From a virus (Duplodnaviria; Caudoviricetes), in the IMG/VR virus record IMGVR_UViG_3300037761_000253, positions 1-25,087 of that record: 25,087 nucleotides of DNA. One strand, 5' to 3'. Within the stretch, counting starts at the first letter, position 1; every line of letters begins with the position of its first letter. Both the position numbers and the translations under genes were made by a program. The notes under the pieces are model-generated. The model was not told the DNA's origin, ran no database searches, and saw only the letters and a list, made by a program, of their open reading frames with translations. Below are positions 16,717-23,564 of the stretch, piece by piece.

Positions 16717-17259
16717 GTGCCCGAAAGCCCTGGACCAGAGGGGAGCCCGCGCTTGATGACCACTACCGAGATCGCGGCAGAGCACGGGGTAAGCCGTCAG
16801 ACGATCCACACGTACCGGCGGACTGGCGTCTTCCCTTCCCCTGTCGAGGGCGAGGGCAGTACGCGTCCACGGTTCCGCGAGGACGAAGTGGCCGCGTTCT
16901 TTGAGGCGAACCCCAAGCAGCCACGCAAGAAGCGCGCAGTGCCCCCCGAACCCGAGCAAGGAGACCCCATGACCGACGTCGCCCAAGAGGAGACTGAGCC
17001 CGCCAACGATGCCGACTGGCGGGTGCCGTTGAAGTACACCCGTCAGGAGCTTGCTGATCTCCTGGGCAAAGTTGAGGCGGGCCAGTACGCCCGCATGCTC
17101 ATCGCTGACTATCCGGACGGCGGTGACAACTACGTGATCGTTCAGGGGCGCGGTCGGTCGATCCGGTTCAACCGGCTTCGTGTTGTGGATGATCCGCAGT
17201 ACGCCCGTGATCTGGCGGCGGTGCTGCTGGCGTGGGCGGACCGGGAGGAGCAGCGGTGA
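16717..17259 (+). CDS. AlpA/MerR/excisionase-like HTH regulator with C-terminal extension
   Basis: GGGAGG RBS; LMTTTEIAAEHGVSRQTIHTYRRTGVFPSP...RPRFREDEV; internal RBS and ATG at 16969. Confidence 0.78.
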   Translation: MPESPGPEGSPRLMTTTEIAAEHGVSRQTIHTYRRTGVFPSPVEGEGSTRPRFREDEVAAFFEANPKQPRKKRAVPPEPEQGDPMTDVAQEETEPANDADWRVPLKYTRQELADLLGKVEAGQYARMLIADYPDGGDNYVIVQGRGRSIRFNRLRVVDDPQYARDLAAVLLAWADREEQR

Positions 17260-17483
17260 GCGGGCGTGAGTACCACTACGTGATGACGATCCAGCACCAA
17301 CGCGGGCAGCCCGCGGGGGACATTGCTGTGTCTTCGGCCGAGGGGACGATCACGGCACGGGAGGGTGCGACGCGTCAGGAGTTGTACCGGGACGTCTACA
17401 ACCACGTGCGCGAGCAGGCGGGCGTTGAGGGTTTCGGCGCGGTGCTGTTCTTCAGCCTGGACCGTAACGACCTGGATGGGTGA
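17256..17483 (+). CDS. Hypothetical protein
   Basis: GTGA coupling; ends VLFFSLDRNDL. Confidence 0.68.
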   Translation: MSGREYHYVMTIQHQRGQPAGDIAVSSAEGTITAREGATRQELYRDVYNHVREQAGVEGFGAVLFFSLDRNDLDG

Positions 17484-17662
17484 TCACGGTGGCTGAGGAC
17501 GAGATGACGGAGGCTGGTCGTGCGTGGATGCGCGGCGAGCTGGACAGCGAGACGTACTTTGCGATGGCCCGGCGTGAGGCGCGGCGCCCTGTGTGGCGGT
17601 CGCGGCGTGAGGCGCGCACGGGCTGGTGGACGAGGTTGCGGCGGGCGACGACCGGGAAGTAG
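17480..17662 (+). CDS. Small basic hypothetical protein
   Basis: GTGA coupling; followed by a terminator. Confidence 0.55.
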   Translation: MITVAEDEMTEAGRAWMRGELDSETYFAMARREARRPVWRSRREARTGWWTRLRRATTGK

Positions 17663-17674
17663 CCGCGCGTGACG

Positions 17675-17705
17675 AAGCCCCGCCGGTAGCAGGTCGGCGG
17701 GGCTT
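17675..17705. terminator. Bidirectional terminator-like hairpin
   Basis: AAGCCCCGCCG / CGGCGGGGCTT followed by T; lies between convergent units. Confidence 0.65.
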
Positions 17706-17908
17706 TCGCTTGCCCGTGAAGCGACGCGGGCGGTAGCAGTGCGGGGGCCCAGCCATGGAAGCCGCCCGCACCACGAAGCGTATCCGCCGGGTACGGCAAC
17801 GGGCGCCTGCTCTGGGGGAACAGGCGCCCTACGCGGAGTCTGTGACCCTTGGCCGTCGAGCGGCTCAGGCGTACGCGTCTTGCCTCGGGTGTCAGGATGC
17901 CACGGCCG

Positions 17909-19327
17909 TCACCCCGGGCCGTTACCGGTGAGGCCGATGGGCGGGTACGGCTGCTCCTCCGGATGGTCGGGGTGGCATCCGCAGACACAAAGTTGACCAG
18001 TGAACTTCTGGTTTTCCCGGCACCGGTTGTGGAGCCGTTCGGCGTGCTCACGGAGTTCGTCGTACTCCGGGCGAGGGACGCCGGACCTGGGGTAGCAGGC
18101 GGCGTCGGCTGTGATGCGAGCTGTCTGGCAGGCGGTGGACAGGTAGTCGGTCAGGTCGGGGCGGACGATGTTGAGGATGTGGTCGGGGAGTTGTTCGCGG
18201 GTGCTGCCGGGTGGGGGCGGCGTCCACGCGGCGGCCGGCGGCCTGGTGCTGTCGAGGGCTTCCATGGCGCCGCGGGTGGCGAGTCGGGCGATCTCGGTCG
18301 TGATGCCGCCTTCTTCCCAGAACATGGTGCGTTCGCGGTATTCGTAGATCTCGGACTCGATCGTGGCGCGGATCTGCTCGCGGAGTCTGGCTGGGTTGTT
18401 CGGTTCGGTTTCTGCGGCTGGCGGTGAACAACTTCCCTCGGTCGTTTGGGCCGTGGCCGTGGCCGTGGCCGTGCCGGGTGCGGGCGCGGCGAGGGCGTGC
18501 AGGGTGTCGCATGGGTAGTCGGTGAGGACGCCGAAGCATCGTTGGCGTTTCTCGTCCCAGTGGGAGCAGTGGGCGCAGATGGTGAGGGCGCCGCGTTGCA
18601 TGGGCTGGTGCAGGGCGCGGACGCGGTTGATGCTGGCGGTGCGTTGGTCGCGGGCTTGGACAACACGTCGCCACTGGGCGGTGCGGAGTTGGTAGAGGTG
18701 TTGTTCCTCGGCGAGCTGGGTGGTCACCTCTTGTAGCTGTTCGAGGGCGCGGCGGGCTGTCTCCTCGGCGTGCTCGGCTCGGTGGGTGTAGGAGCCGGCT
18801 GCGGCGTCGGCGGACTCGGCGGCGGCCCACTGCTGGCATTCGGTGTCGGCGAGTGTGAGTCGTTGGCGGAGTTGGTCGAGGTGCCGGTCGCGGACGCGGA
18901 GGACGGCTTCGGCGATCTTTCGGTAGCGGTTGGCGGCTGGTGTGTCCAGGGTGGTGAAGTTGGCTCCGGCCCAGTCCCAGCCGTCGGCGGAGGCCATTGC
19001 TGCGGCGTACTGGTCGCGCAGCCAAGTCGGGTCGAGGATGCTGCCAGGCGCGGCCGGGGCGGGCTCGGCGGCGGTGTCTTCGGCTTCGGCTTGGAGCCAC
19101 GGCCACTCCCGGTACAGGACCGAAAGAGCCGTCTCGGCGAGGTGGCTGTCCCAGTCGCTCTCGTCGTCCACCGCGGCTCCGGGTTCGTGCCAGTCGCCGC
19201 AGCGGCAGGGCATGTTCCCGTCGGCGTCGGCCTCGTCCGCGTTGGTGGCGAGGTAGTGCTCGCGCATGGCTGCGGCGATCTCAGCGTGGAGTCCGGCGCG
19301 GCGGGACGGTGTGGGCTGGTCGGTCAT
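17909..19327 (-). CDS. Mosaic hypothetical protein with coiled coil and Zn-finger-like modules, 472 aa
   Basis: ATGA coupling; CRCG, H..CAHC..YPC and CVCGCH motifs. Confidence 0.75.
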   Translation of the reverse strand: MTDQPTPSRRAGLHAEIAAAMREHYLATNADEADADGNMPCRCGDWHEPGAAVDDESDWDSHLAETALSVLYREWPWLQAEAEDTAAEPAPAAPGSILDPTWLRDQYAAAMASADGWDWAGANFTTLDTPAANRYRKIAEAVLRVRDRHLDQLRQRLTLADTECQQWAAAESADAAAGSYTHRAEHAEETARRALEQLQEVTTQLAEEQHLYQLRTAQWRRVVQARDQRTASINRVRALHQPMQRGALTICAHCSHWDEKRQRCFGVLTDYPCDTLHALAAPAPGTATATATAQTTEGSCSPPAAETEPNNPARLREQIRATIESEIYEYRERTMFWEEGGITTEIARLATRGAMEALDSTRPPAAAWTPPPPGSTREQLPDHILNIVRPDLTDYLSTACQTARITADAACYPRSGVPRPEYDELREHAERLHNRCRENQKFTGQLCVCGCHPDHPEEQPYPPIGLTGNGPG

Positions 19328-19497
19328 CGGTCCCTCCGTGCTGCGCGCTGCATGGCGCGCCGTGTGGCCCGGTTGGGCCGGGGCGGGTCGGGGCTGTCGT
19401 CGTCGACGAGCTGCTCGACGCGGACGGGTTGCTGCTCCCAGAGGGCGCCGGGCCGTGGTGTGTGCTCGCCGCGCGGGCTGTTGGACGGGCCGTTCAC
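19324..19497 (-). CDS. Hypothetical protein, 57 aa
   Basis: Coupled at both ends; VNGPSNSPRGEHTPRPG...PNRATRRAMQRAARR. Confidence 0.55.
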   Translation of the reverse strand: MNGPSNSPRGEHTPRPGALWEQQPVRVEQLVDDDSPDPPRPNRATRRAMQRAARRDR

Positions 19498-19709
19498 AGC
19501 GTCTCCAGTGCGTATCCGGTGCGGCGGGGCTGCCCGGTTTTGGTGGTGTCGGTGGCGTGGAGCTGGGTGGCGAGGATCCAGCGGCCCCGCTTCCCGGTGA
19601 CGGCGTCGACGACCCAGACGCGGTTACCGCCGGGCGCGATGGCTTCGACTCGGATGCGGGGTCCGCCTCGCGGGTCGCAGGAACGGTAGGTCTGCTCTGG
19701 CCGGATCAC
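19494..19709 (-). CDS. Hypothetical protein, 71 aa
   Basis: GTGA coupling; VIRPEQTYRSCDPRGGPRIRV...RRTGYAL. Confidence 0.62.
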   Translation of the reverse strand: MIRPEQTYRSCDPRGGPRIRVEAIAPGGNRVWVVDAVTGKRGRWILATQLHATDTTKTGQPRRTGYALETL

Positions 19710-19870
19710 GCGGTCTCCCGCTGCTGGTTGATGGTGTCGGCGGCGTCGAGGGCGGCCCGGTCGGTGCAGGGGCAGCCGGGTGCCGGCGGTACGAAGGGGC
19801 GCATCCGGTAGCCGAGGGTGAAGCCGACGGATGCGGTGAGGGTGGCGGTGAGGATCAGGTACGCGATCAC
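19706..19870 (-). CDS. Small membrane protein, 54 aa
   Basis: VIAYLILTATLTASVGFTLGY; coupled at both ends. Confidence 0.5.
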   Translation of the reverse strand: MIAYLILTATLTASVGFTLGYRMRPFVPPAPGCPCTDRAALDAADTINQQRETA

Positions 19871-20244
19871 GAGCGGGCCTTCCTCGCGGTGCGGCGGCGT
19901 CCGCTGTACCAGGGCAGTGCGAGCCCGTCATTGACGGCACGGGGCAGCAGGTGAAGATGCAAATGGAAGACGGACTGTGTGGCGTGCACGCCTCGGCTGG
20001 TGATGAGGTTGGCGTGCACCAGGTCCAGCTCGCGGCATAGCTGCGCCGCCCGCCGCGCAGTCGCTCCGGTTACGTCGGGGTCGTCTGTGAAGTCGATGAC
20101 GTGGGTCTTGGGGATGACCAGGGTGTGGCCCTCGGTCACGGGGTTCAGCGGGACGATGGCGATGGTGTCGGACCACTCGTGTACGAACGTGGCGGGTGCG
20201 CGTCCGGTGTTGATCTCGCAGAAGGGGCAGGGCGGTTCGGTCAT
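19867..20244 (-). CDS. HIT (histidine triad) family nucleotide hydrolase
   Basis: CPFC, PVTEGHTLVIPK, QSVFHLHLHLLPR triad. Confidence 0.92.
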   Translation of the reverse strand: MTEPPCPFCEINTGRAPATFVHEWSDTIAIVPLNPVTEGHTLVIPKTHVIDFTDDPDVTGATARRAAQLCRELDLVHANLITSRGVHATQSVFHLHLHLLPRAVNDGLALPWYSGRRRTARKARS

Positions 20245-20366
20245 CGTGTGCTCCGGGTGCGTGCGGTGCGGTAGAGGGCGCGGCCTGCTGAGCGGAGGGC
20301 GTAGAGGATGGCGCTGATGAACGGGGCGCAGACGATGCCGACGCCGAGGCCGTAGCCGGGGTTCAC
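20241..20366 (-). CDS. Small membrane peptide, 41 aa
   Basis: GGAGG RBS, GTGA coupling; GLGVGIVCAPFISAILYAL. Confidence 0.45.
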   Translation of the reverse strand: MNPGYGLGVGIVCAPFISAILYALRSAGRALYRTARTRSTR

Positions 20367-20557
20367 GACGCCTCCGGGCAGGCGCTCCAGCAGCTGGCGT
20401 TGTGCCGCGCGCAGTAGCCGTCGTAGATGAACCAGCGCCAGCACGGGAGCCGCATCCGGTGTGAGCGGTGGGCGCAGTAGCGCCAGTGGTAGCCGCCGAT
20501 GATGCGGGTCGTGCGGTGGCGGCCGAGGAGCGCGAGGTGTGCCAGGACGGCGGTCAC
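20363..20557 (-). CDS. Small Cys-rich hypothetical protein
   Basis: GTGA coupling; five Cys (YCAH, LPCW, YCARHNASCWSAC). Confidence 0.45.
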   Translation of the reverse strand: MTAVLAHLALLGRHRTTRIIGGYHWRYCAHRSHRMRLPCWRWFIYDGYCARHNASCWSACPEAS

Positions 20558-20727
20558 GGGGTTCTTCCGGTGGCGGGGCGCCCCCAGTGGGTGCAGCCGT
20601 CCTTGTGCTTGCCGTCGTGTCCGGCGTCGCGTTCGCACCGGTTGATCACGAGACCGTTCGACAGCTTCGATACGGCCGGGCAGATGGTGGATGCGTCGCG
20701 GAGGTTGCGGGGTCGAGTGGGTTTCAT
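20554..20727 (-). CDS. Small Cys/His protein
   Basis: GAGG RBS; CPA...CERDAGHDGKHKD. Confidence 0.5.
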   Translation of the reverse strand: MKPTRPRNLRDASTICPAVSKLSNGLVINRCERDAGHDGKHKDGCTHWGRPATGRTP

Positions 20728-20771
20728 GCGGCCTCTTCGTAGTCGGGATCGGCTGTGATTGGATGCGAGGC

Positions 20772-20802
20772 GAGGCGCCCCCGATATGCGCGGGGGCGCC
20801 TC
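20772..20802. terminator. Hairpin downstream of the endonuclease VII-like gene
   Basis: GAGGCGCCCCCG / CGGGGGCGCCTC 12-bp stem. Confidence 0.6.
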
Positions 20803-20808
20803 TTGGTG

Positions 20809-21204
20809 CTATGCGGTTGCGCTTGGCGGTACGACGGGGACGTCTCGCCTGCGGGCGGCCTTCCGCTCTTCCCTCCTTTGCAGGACGGTGGCGGCGTGCT
20901 TGGCGCGCAGCACGCGGACGAACCACGCGTTGGTGCGGTACCGGATCGCGAGCGGGTGGGTCTTCTCGCCCCGGTCGACGAACCCCATATGGGTGTTGCA
21001 CTTGCCGCAGAGCAGCCCGCGCACGGCGAAGAACCCGTACTCCTGCGCGTGATCGATGAACAGCTTGCCGACGGGAGTCTCCTCCGGCTTCTTGCCGCAG
21101 AGTTCGCAGCGCCCCTTGGCGTGCTCCCACAGGTCGTCGTAGTCGTCACAGGTGAGGCGGTAGCCGAGGTGCTGGCTGGACGCGTGGCGACAGTTGGTCA
21201 TCAT
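20809..21204 (-). CDS. Endonuclease VII-like (His-Me finger) nuclease
   Basis: YRLTCDDYDDLW...GRCELCG...LFIDHA...VRGLLCGKCNTHMG, the Endo VII signature; GGAG RBS. Confidence 0.85.
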   Translation of the reverse strand: MMTNCRHASSQHLGYRLTCDDYDDLWEHAKGRCELCGKKPEETPVGKLFIDHAQEYGFFAVRGLLCGKCNTHMGFVDRGEKTHPLAIRYRTNAWFVRVLRAKHAATVLQRREERKAARRRDVPVVPPSATA

Positions 21205-21219
21205 TTCTCCGCAGCTCAA

Positions 21220-21280
21220 AGGTGGATACCCACCCAAGTATGTCACCCCTGTCGACGGGTGGCTATCCACCTGAGAGAAT
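21220..21280. promoter_or_regulatory. Divergent promoter with twin palindromic operators
   Basis: AGGTGGATACCCACCC (21220-21235) and GGGTGGCTATCCACCT (21257-21272); each is GGTGG-N4-CCACC and they are mutually inverted. -10-like GAGAAT at 21275-21280 and CATACT on the minus strand at 21237-21242. Confidence 0.72.
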
Positions 21281-21286
21281 CGGCGC

Positions 21287-21484
21287 ATGGCAAACATGCA
21301 CAAGCACAAGCAGCGGATGCTGCGCGGCGTCGACGACGAGACGTGGGCCGAGCTTGGCGCTGCCGCAGACCTCTCAAGGGCGGACCGGTCGGCGATCATC
21401 CGCGAACTCATCGCCTGGTACCTCCGTCGCCCGAGTGCGAAATTGCCTGAGCGCCCGCCTGCGAGGCGATCCGGCCCCGAATGA
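21287..21484 (+). CDS. Ribbon-helix-helix repressor, probably leaderless
   Basis: KQRMLRGVDDETWAELGAAADLSRADRSAIIRELIAWYL; visibly similar to 10463..10690. Confidence 0.75.
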   Translation: MANMHKHKQRMLRGVDDETWAELGAAADLSRADRSAIIRELIAWYLRRPSAKLPERPPARRSGPE

Positions 21485-21538
21485 GGACGGCTTCGCATTC
21501 GCCCTCCAAACCCGTCACAGCGCCGCACAGCCCACTTC

Positions 21539-21571
21539 CCGGCCCCTCGCAGGTGTTCCGCGAGGGGCCGG
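21539..21571. terminator. Hairpin between convergent units
   Basis: CCGGCCCCTCGC / GCGAGGGGCCGG. Confidence 0.55.
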
Positions 21572-21707
21572 ACTGCGTCCCGAGGCGCTCCTGCGGCCGC
21601 TGAGCGGGCTGCACGCCACCAACACGCGGGAGGGAACGGCTGCCCCTGATGCCCGCACACCGCTGCCGTGACGGCGACCACGGCAGCGACGAACACGAGA
21701 ACGACGA

Positions 21708-21866
21708 TCACGAGGACGGCTCCCGCGGTACGAGGCCGAGGACGACCGCGCTCGTGCACGGCCACGGGATGTGGCAGCGGTAGCACCACACCGCGCGGAG
21801 CTTGCCGTTGGTGATGACGTCCATGGGCTCGTGGCCGAAGTCCTCGACGGCGGTCTGCTCGGCCAT
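21708..21866 (-). CDS. Small Zn-finger-like protein, 52 aa
   Basis: AGGAGG RBS; GHEP...WCYRCHIPWPCTS. Confidence 0.6.
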   Translation of the reverse strand: MAEQTAVEDFGHEPMDVITNGKLRAVWCYRCHIPWPCTSAVVLGLVPREPSS

Positions 21867-21867
21867 G

Positions 21868-22053
21868 TCAGGCCTCCTTCGGCTGGGATGCGGCGGCTCG
21901 GTCGAGGGTCCGGTGCGCGTCCTCGGCGGCGAACGCGGCACGGAAGTACGGGTCGGCCATGTCCTGTCCGGCCTCGGCGAGTGCGGCGTCGGTCTCGTAC
22001 TCGGCGGCGATGGTCTCGATGGAGAACCCGCACGCGTTCAACTGGCGGGCCAT
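21868..22053 (-). CDS. Hypothetical protein, 61 aa
   Basis: AGGAGG RBS; MARQLNACGFSIETIAAEY... Confidence 0.6.
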   Translation of the reverse strand: MARQLNACGFSIETIAAEYETDAALAEAGQDMADPYFRAAFAAEDAHRTLDRAAASQPKEA

Positions 22054-22054
22054 G

Positions 22055-23317
22055 TCAGGCCTCCTCGTCGGGCTGCGCCACAACAGCGGGCGCGTCCCGG
22101 TGCTCGGGCAGTCCGGACCACCAGCTGAGGTCTCGGCCGAGTTCGTCCAGGTCTTCGCCGGGGTGGTCTTCGACGAACCAGCCCCAGCAGGACCGGCACT
22201 TGCACCACTGGCGCGACTGCTGCTGTGGCGGCTCGTCGGCCATACGGCGCAGCTCGCGCATGGCGGTCTCCAGGCCGTTGGCCCGCCCGATCTCGTGGTC
22301 GGACAAGGCGTGCTCGTATGCCTGGCCCGTCAGCGTCTCAACGTGGTCGGCGGCTTCCCGCAGCGCGGCAGTCGGCTCCAGTAGCTCGCCCCGATAGCGC
22401 CGGATCATCTGCACGTTCCGGACGCCCGCGAGAAGTTCGGCCCACCAGTCGCCCCAGGACTTGCGACCTTGGTGTTCGACGGTGGCAGAGTGGTCTACAG
22501 GCCAGCCGAGTGCCTGGTGGAGGTCGAGGGCCATCCAGGCTTGTACGCCGCGTACTTGCTGGTCGGCGGTGAGCGGCGTCTCCTGGGGGTTACCGCGGCC
22601 TGCTTCTTCCTGCCGCGGCTTGTCGGCCATGCGGCGGATGCGGTCTTCGGCTGCTGCGCGGGAGTTCCACCAGCCGTTCTCGTAGTCGCTGCTCATGCCG
22701 CCGCGGGGGCCGAGGTCGCCGTCACGCACCGCGTCGGCGGCTTCCCGCAGCACGGCGGCCCGGTCGAGGCTCGCGGGCAGCACGGCCAACACCGCGTCGG
22801 CGAGTTTCGGCACCCACTCCTGCGAGTCGGGGGCGGCTTCGAGCGCGTAGGAGACGTCGTCCATCCCGAAGTCGTCGAACGGGAAGGCGCGGATCGCCTC
22901 GGCCACGTCTGCGGCCTGGTCTGTGGCAGGCGCAGGCACGGCAGCGGGCTCCCACACGGCGCGGAACGTGGCGTCCGCCTTCGCCACGAAGTAGCCCTCG
23001 AACTTCACCACCCAGTCCGTGGGCTTGATGCCCACCCAGTGGCTCGCCTCAACGAGCAACTGCGCGTCCTGGTCCGGGTCCTCGATGCGGTCCTCGGGAT
23101 CGATCGTGTCGAAGTCGCTGCCCGCGAAGGTGCGCAGCTGCTCGGCGTTGGTGCCGGTCCACTGCACGGCTTCGACCTCTGCCGCGCGGCGGCAGTAGCG
23201 GGCGACCGGCGCCACTCGGCCGATCGGGCACTCCGGGTGCGGATGCACTTCCTCCCCCTGCTCCTCGTAGCAGAGCCCACAGTCGAGGAGGCGGGGGCTG
23301 TTGGTGGTGTCGCTCAT
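22055..23317 (-). CDS. Mosaic hypothetical protein, 420 aa, with repeated LREAAD...RRMAD units
   Basis: GGAGG RBS, ATGA coupling; modules CGLC..HPHPEC, VEAVQWTGTN, two LREAAD repeats and CKCRSC. Confidence 0.75.
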   Translation of the reverse strand: MSDTTNSPRLLDCGLCYEEQGEEVHPHPECPIGRVAPVARYCRRAAEVEAVQWTGTNAEQLRTFAGSDFDTIDPEDRIEDPDQDAQLLVEASHWVGIKPTDWVVKFEGYFVAKADATFRAVWEPAAVPAPATDQAADVAEAIRAFPFDDFGMDDVSYALEAAPDSQEWVPKLADAVLAVLPASLDRAAVLREAADAVRDGDLGPRGGMSSDYENGWWNSRAAAEDRIRRMADKPRQEEAGRGNPQETPLTADQQVRGVQAWMALDLHQALGWPVDHSATVEHQGRKSWGDWWAELLAGVRNVQMIRRYRGELLEPTAALREAADHVETLTGQAYEHALSDHEIGRANGLETAMRELRRMADEPPQQQSRQWCKCRSCWGWFVEDHPGEDLDELGRDLSWWSGLPEHRDAPAVVAQPDEEA

Positions 23318-23484
23318 CGGGTTCCTCCAGTGCGGCGGGCGATCATCCGGGCCTTGGTCTGGCCTTGGGTGGGCTGGATCCACTGGTGCCAGCCGGGTCC
23401 GCCCTTGGACGGCGGGGTCCAGCGCTGCATGTGGTCGCGCTTGCTGATGCCGCACCAGCGGCAGCCGGACGGGGCGAGGGTCAC
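23314..23484 (-). CDS. Small CxxC..H protein, 56 aa
   Basis: AGGAG RBS; PSGCRWCGISKRDHMQRW...WHQWIQPT. Confidence 0.58.
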   Translation of the reverse strand: MTLAPSGCRWCGISKRDHMQRWTPPSKGGPGWHQWIQPTQGQTKARMIARRTGGTR

Positions 23485-23520
23485 GGTGTGGCTCCTGGGT
23501 TCGTGATGGAATCGGGCGGG

Positions 23521-23553
23521 CCGGCCGCCGCTGGTTCGAGCAGCGGCGGCCGG
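23521..23553. terminator. Intercistronic perfect 13-bp hairpin
   Basis: CCGGCCGCCGCTG / CAGCGGCGGCCGG. Confidence 0.55.
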
Positions 23554-23564
23554 TCTCGTGCGGG

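Noticed and set aside
13924-16904. Several long plus-strand ORFs (499, 330, 326 and 308 aa)
   Set aside because: Antisense shadows of the tra operon; Gly/Arg-rich with no recognisable domains.
8911-17709. Shared TGACGAAG(G)CCC start of three hairpins (8911-8954 reverse, 12138, 17670) as a possible MITE or att repeat
   Set aside because: Similarity is short and consistent with ordinary actinobacterial terminator stems.
18448-18472. Tandem GGCCGT x4
   Set aside because: Simple microsatellite encoding the ATATATA linker.
21205-21789. Membrane-anchored long form of the Endo VII-like nuclease (326-aa ORF; GTG at 21711 with a TM segment)
   Set aside because: It would read through a hairpin, the antisense RHH gene and a promoter, and the nuclease has its own RBS. 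Probably chance read-through or a relic of an interrupted small membrane gene.
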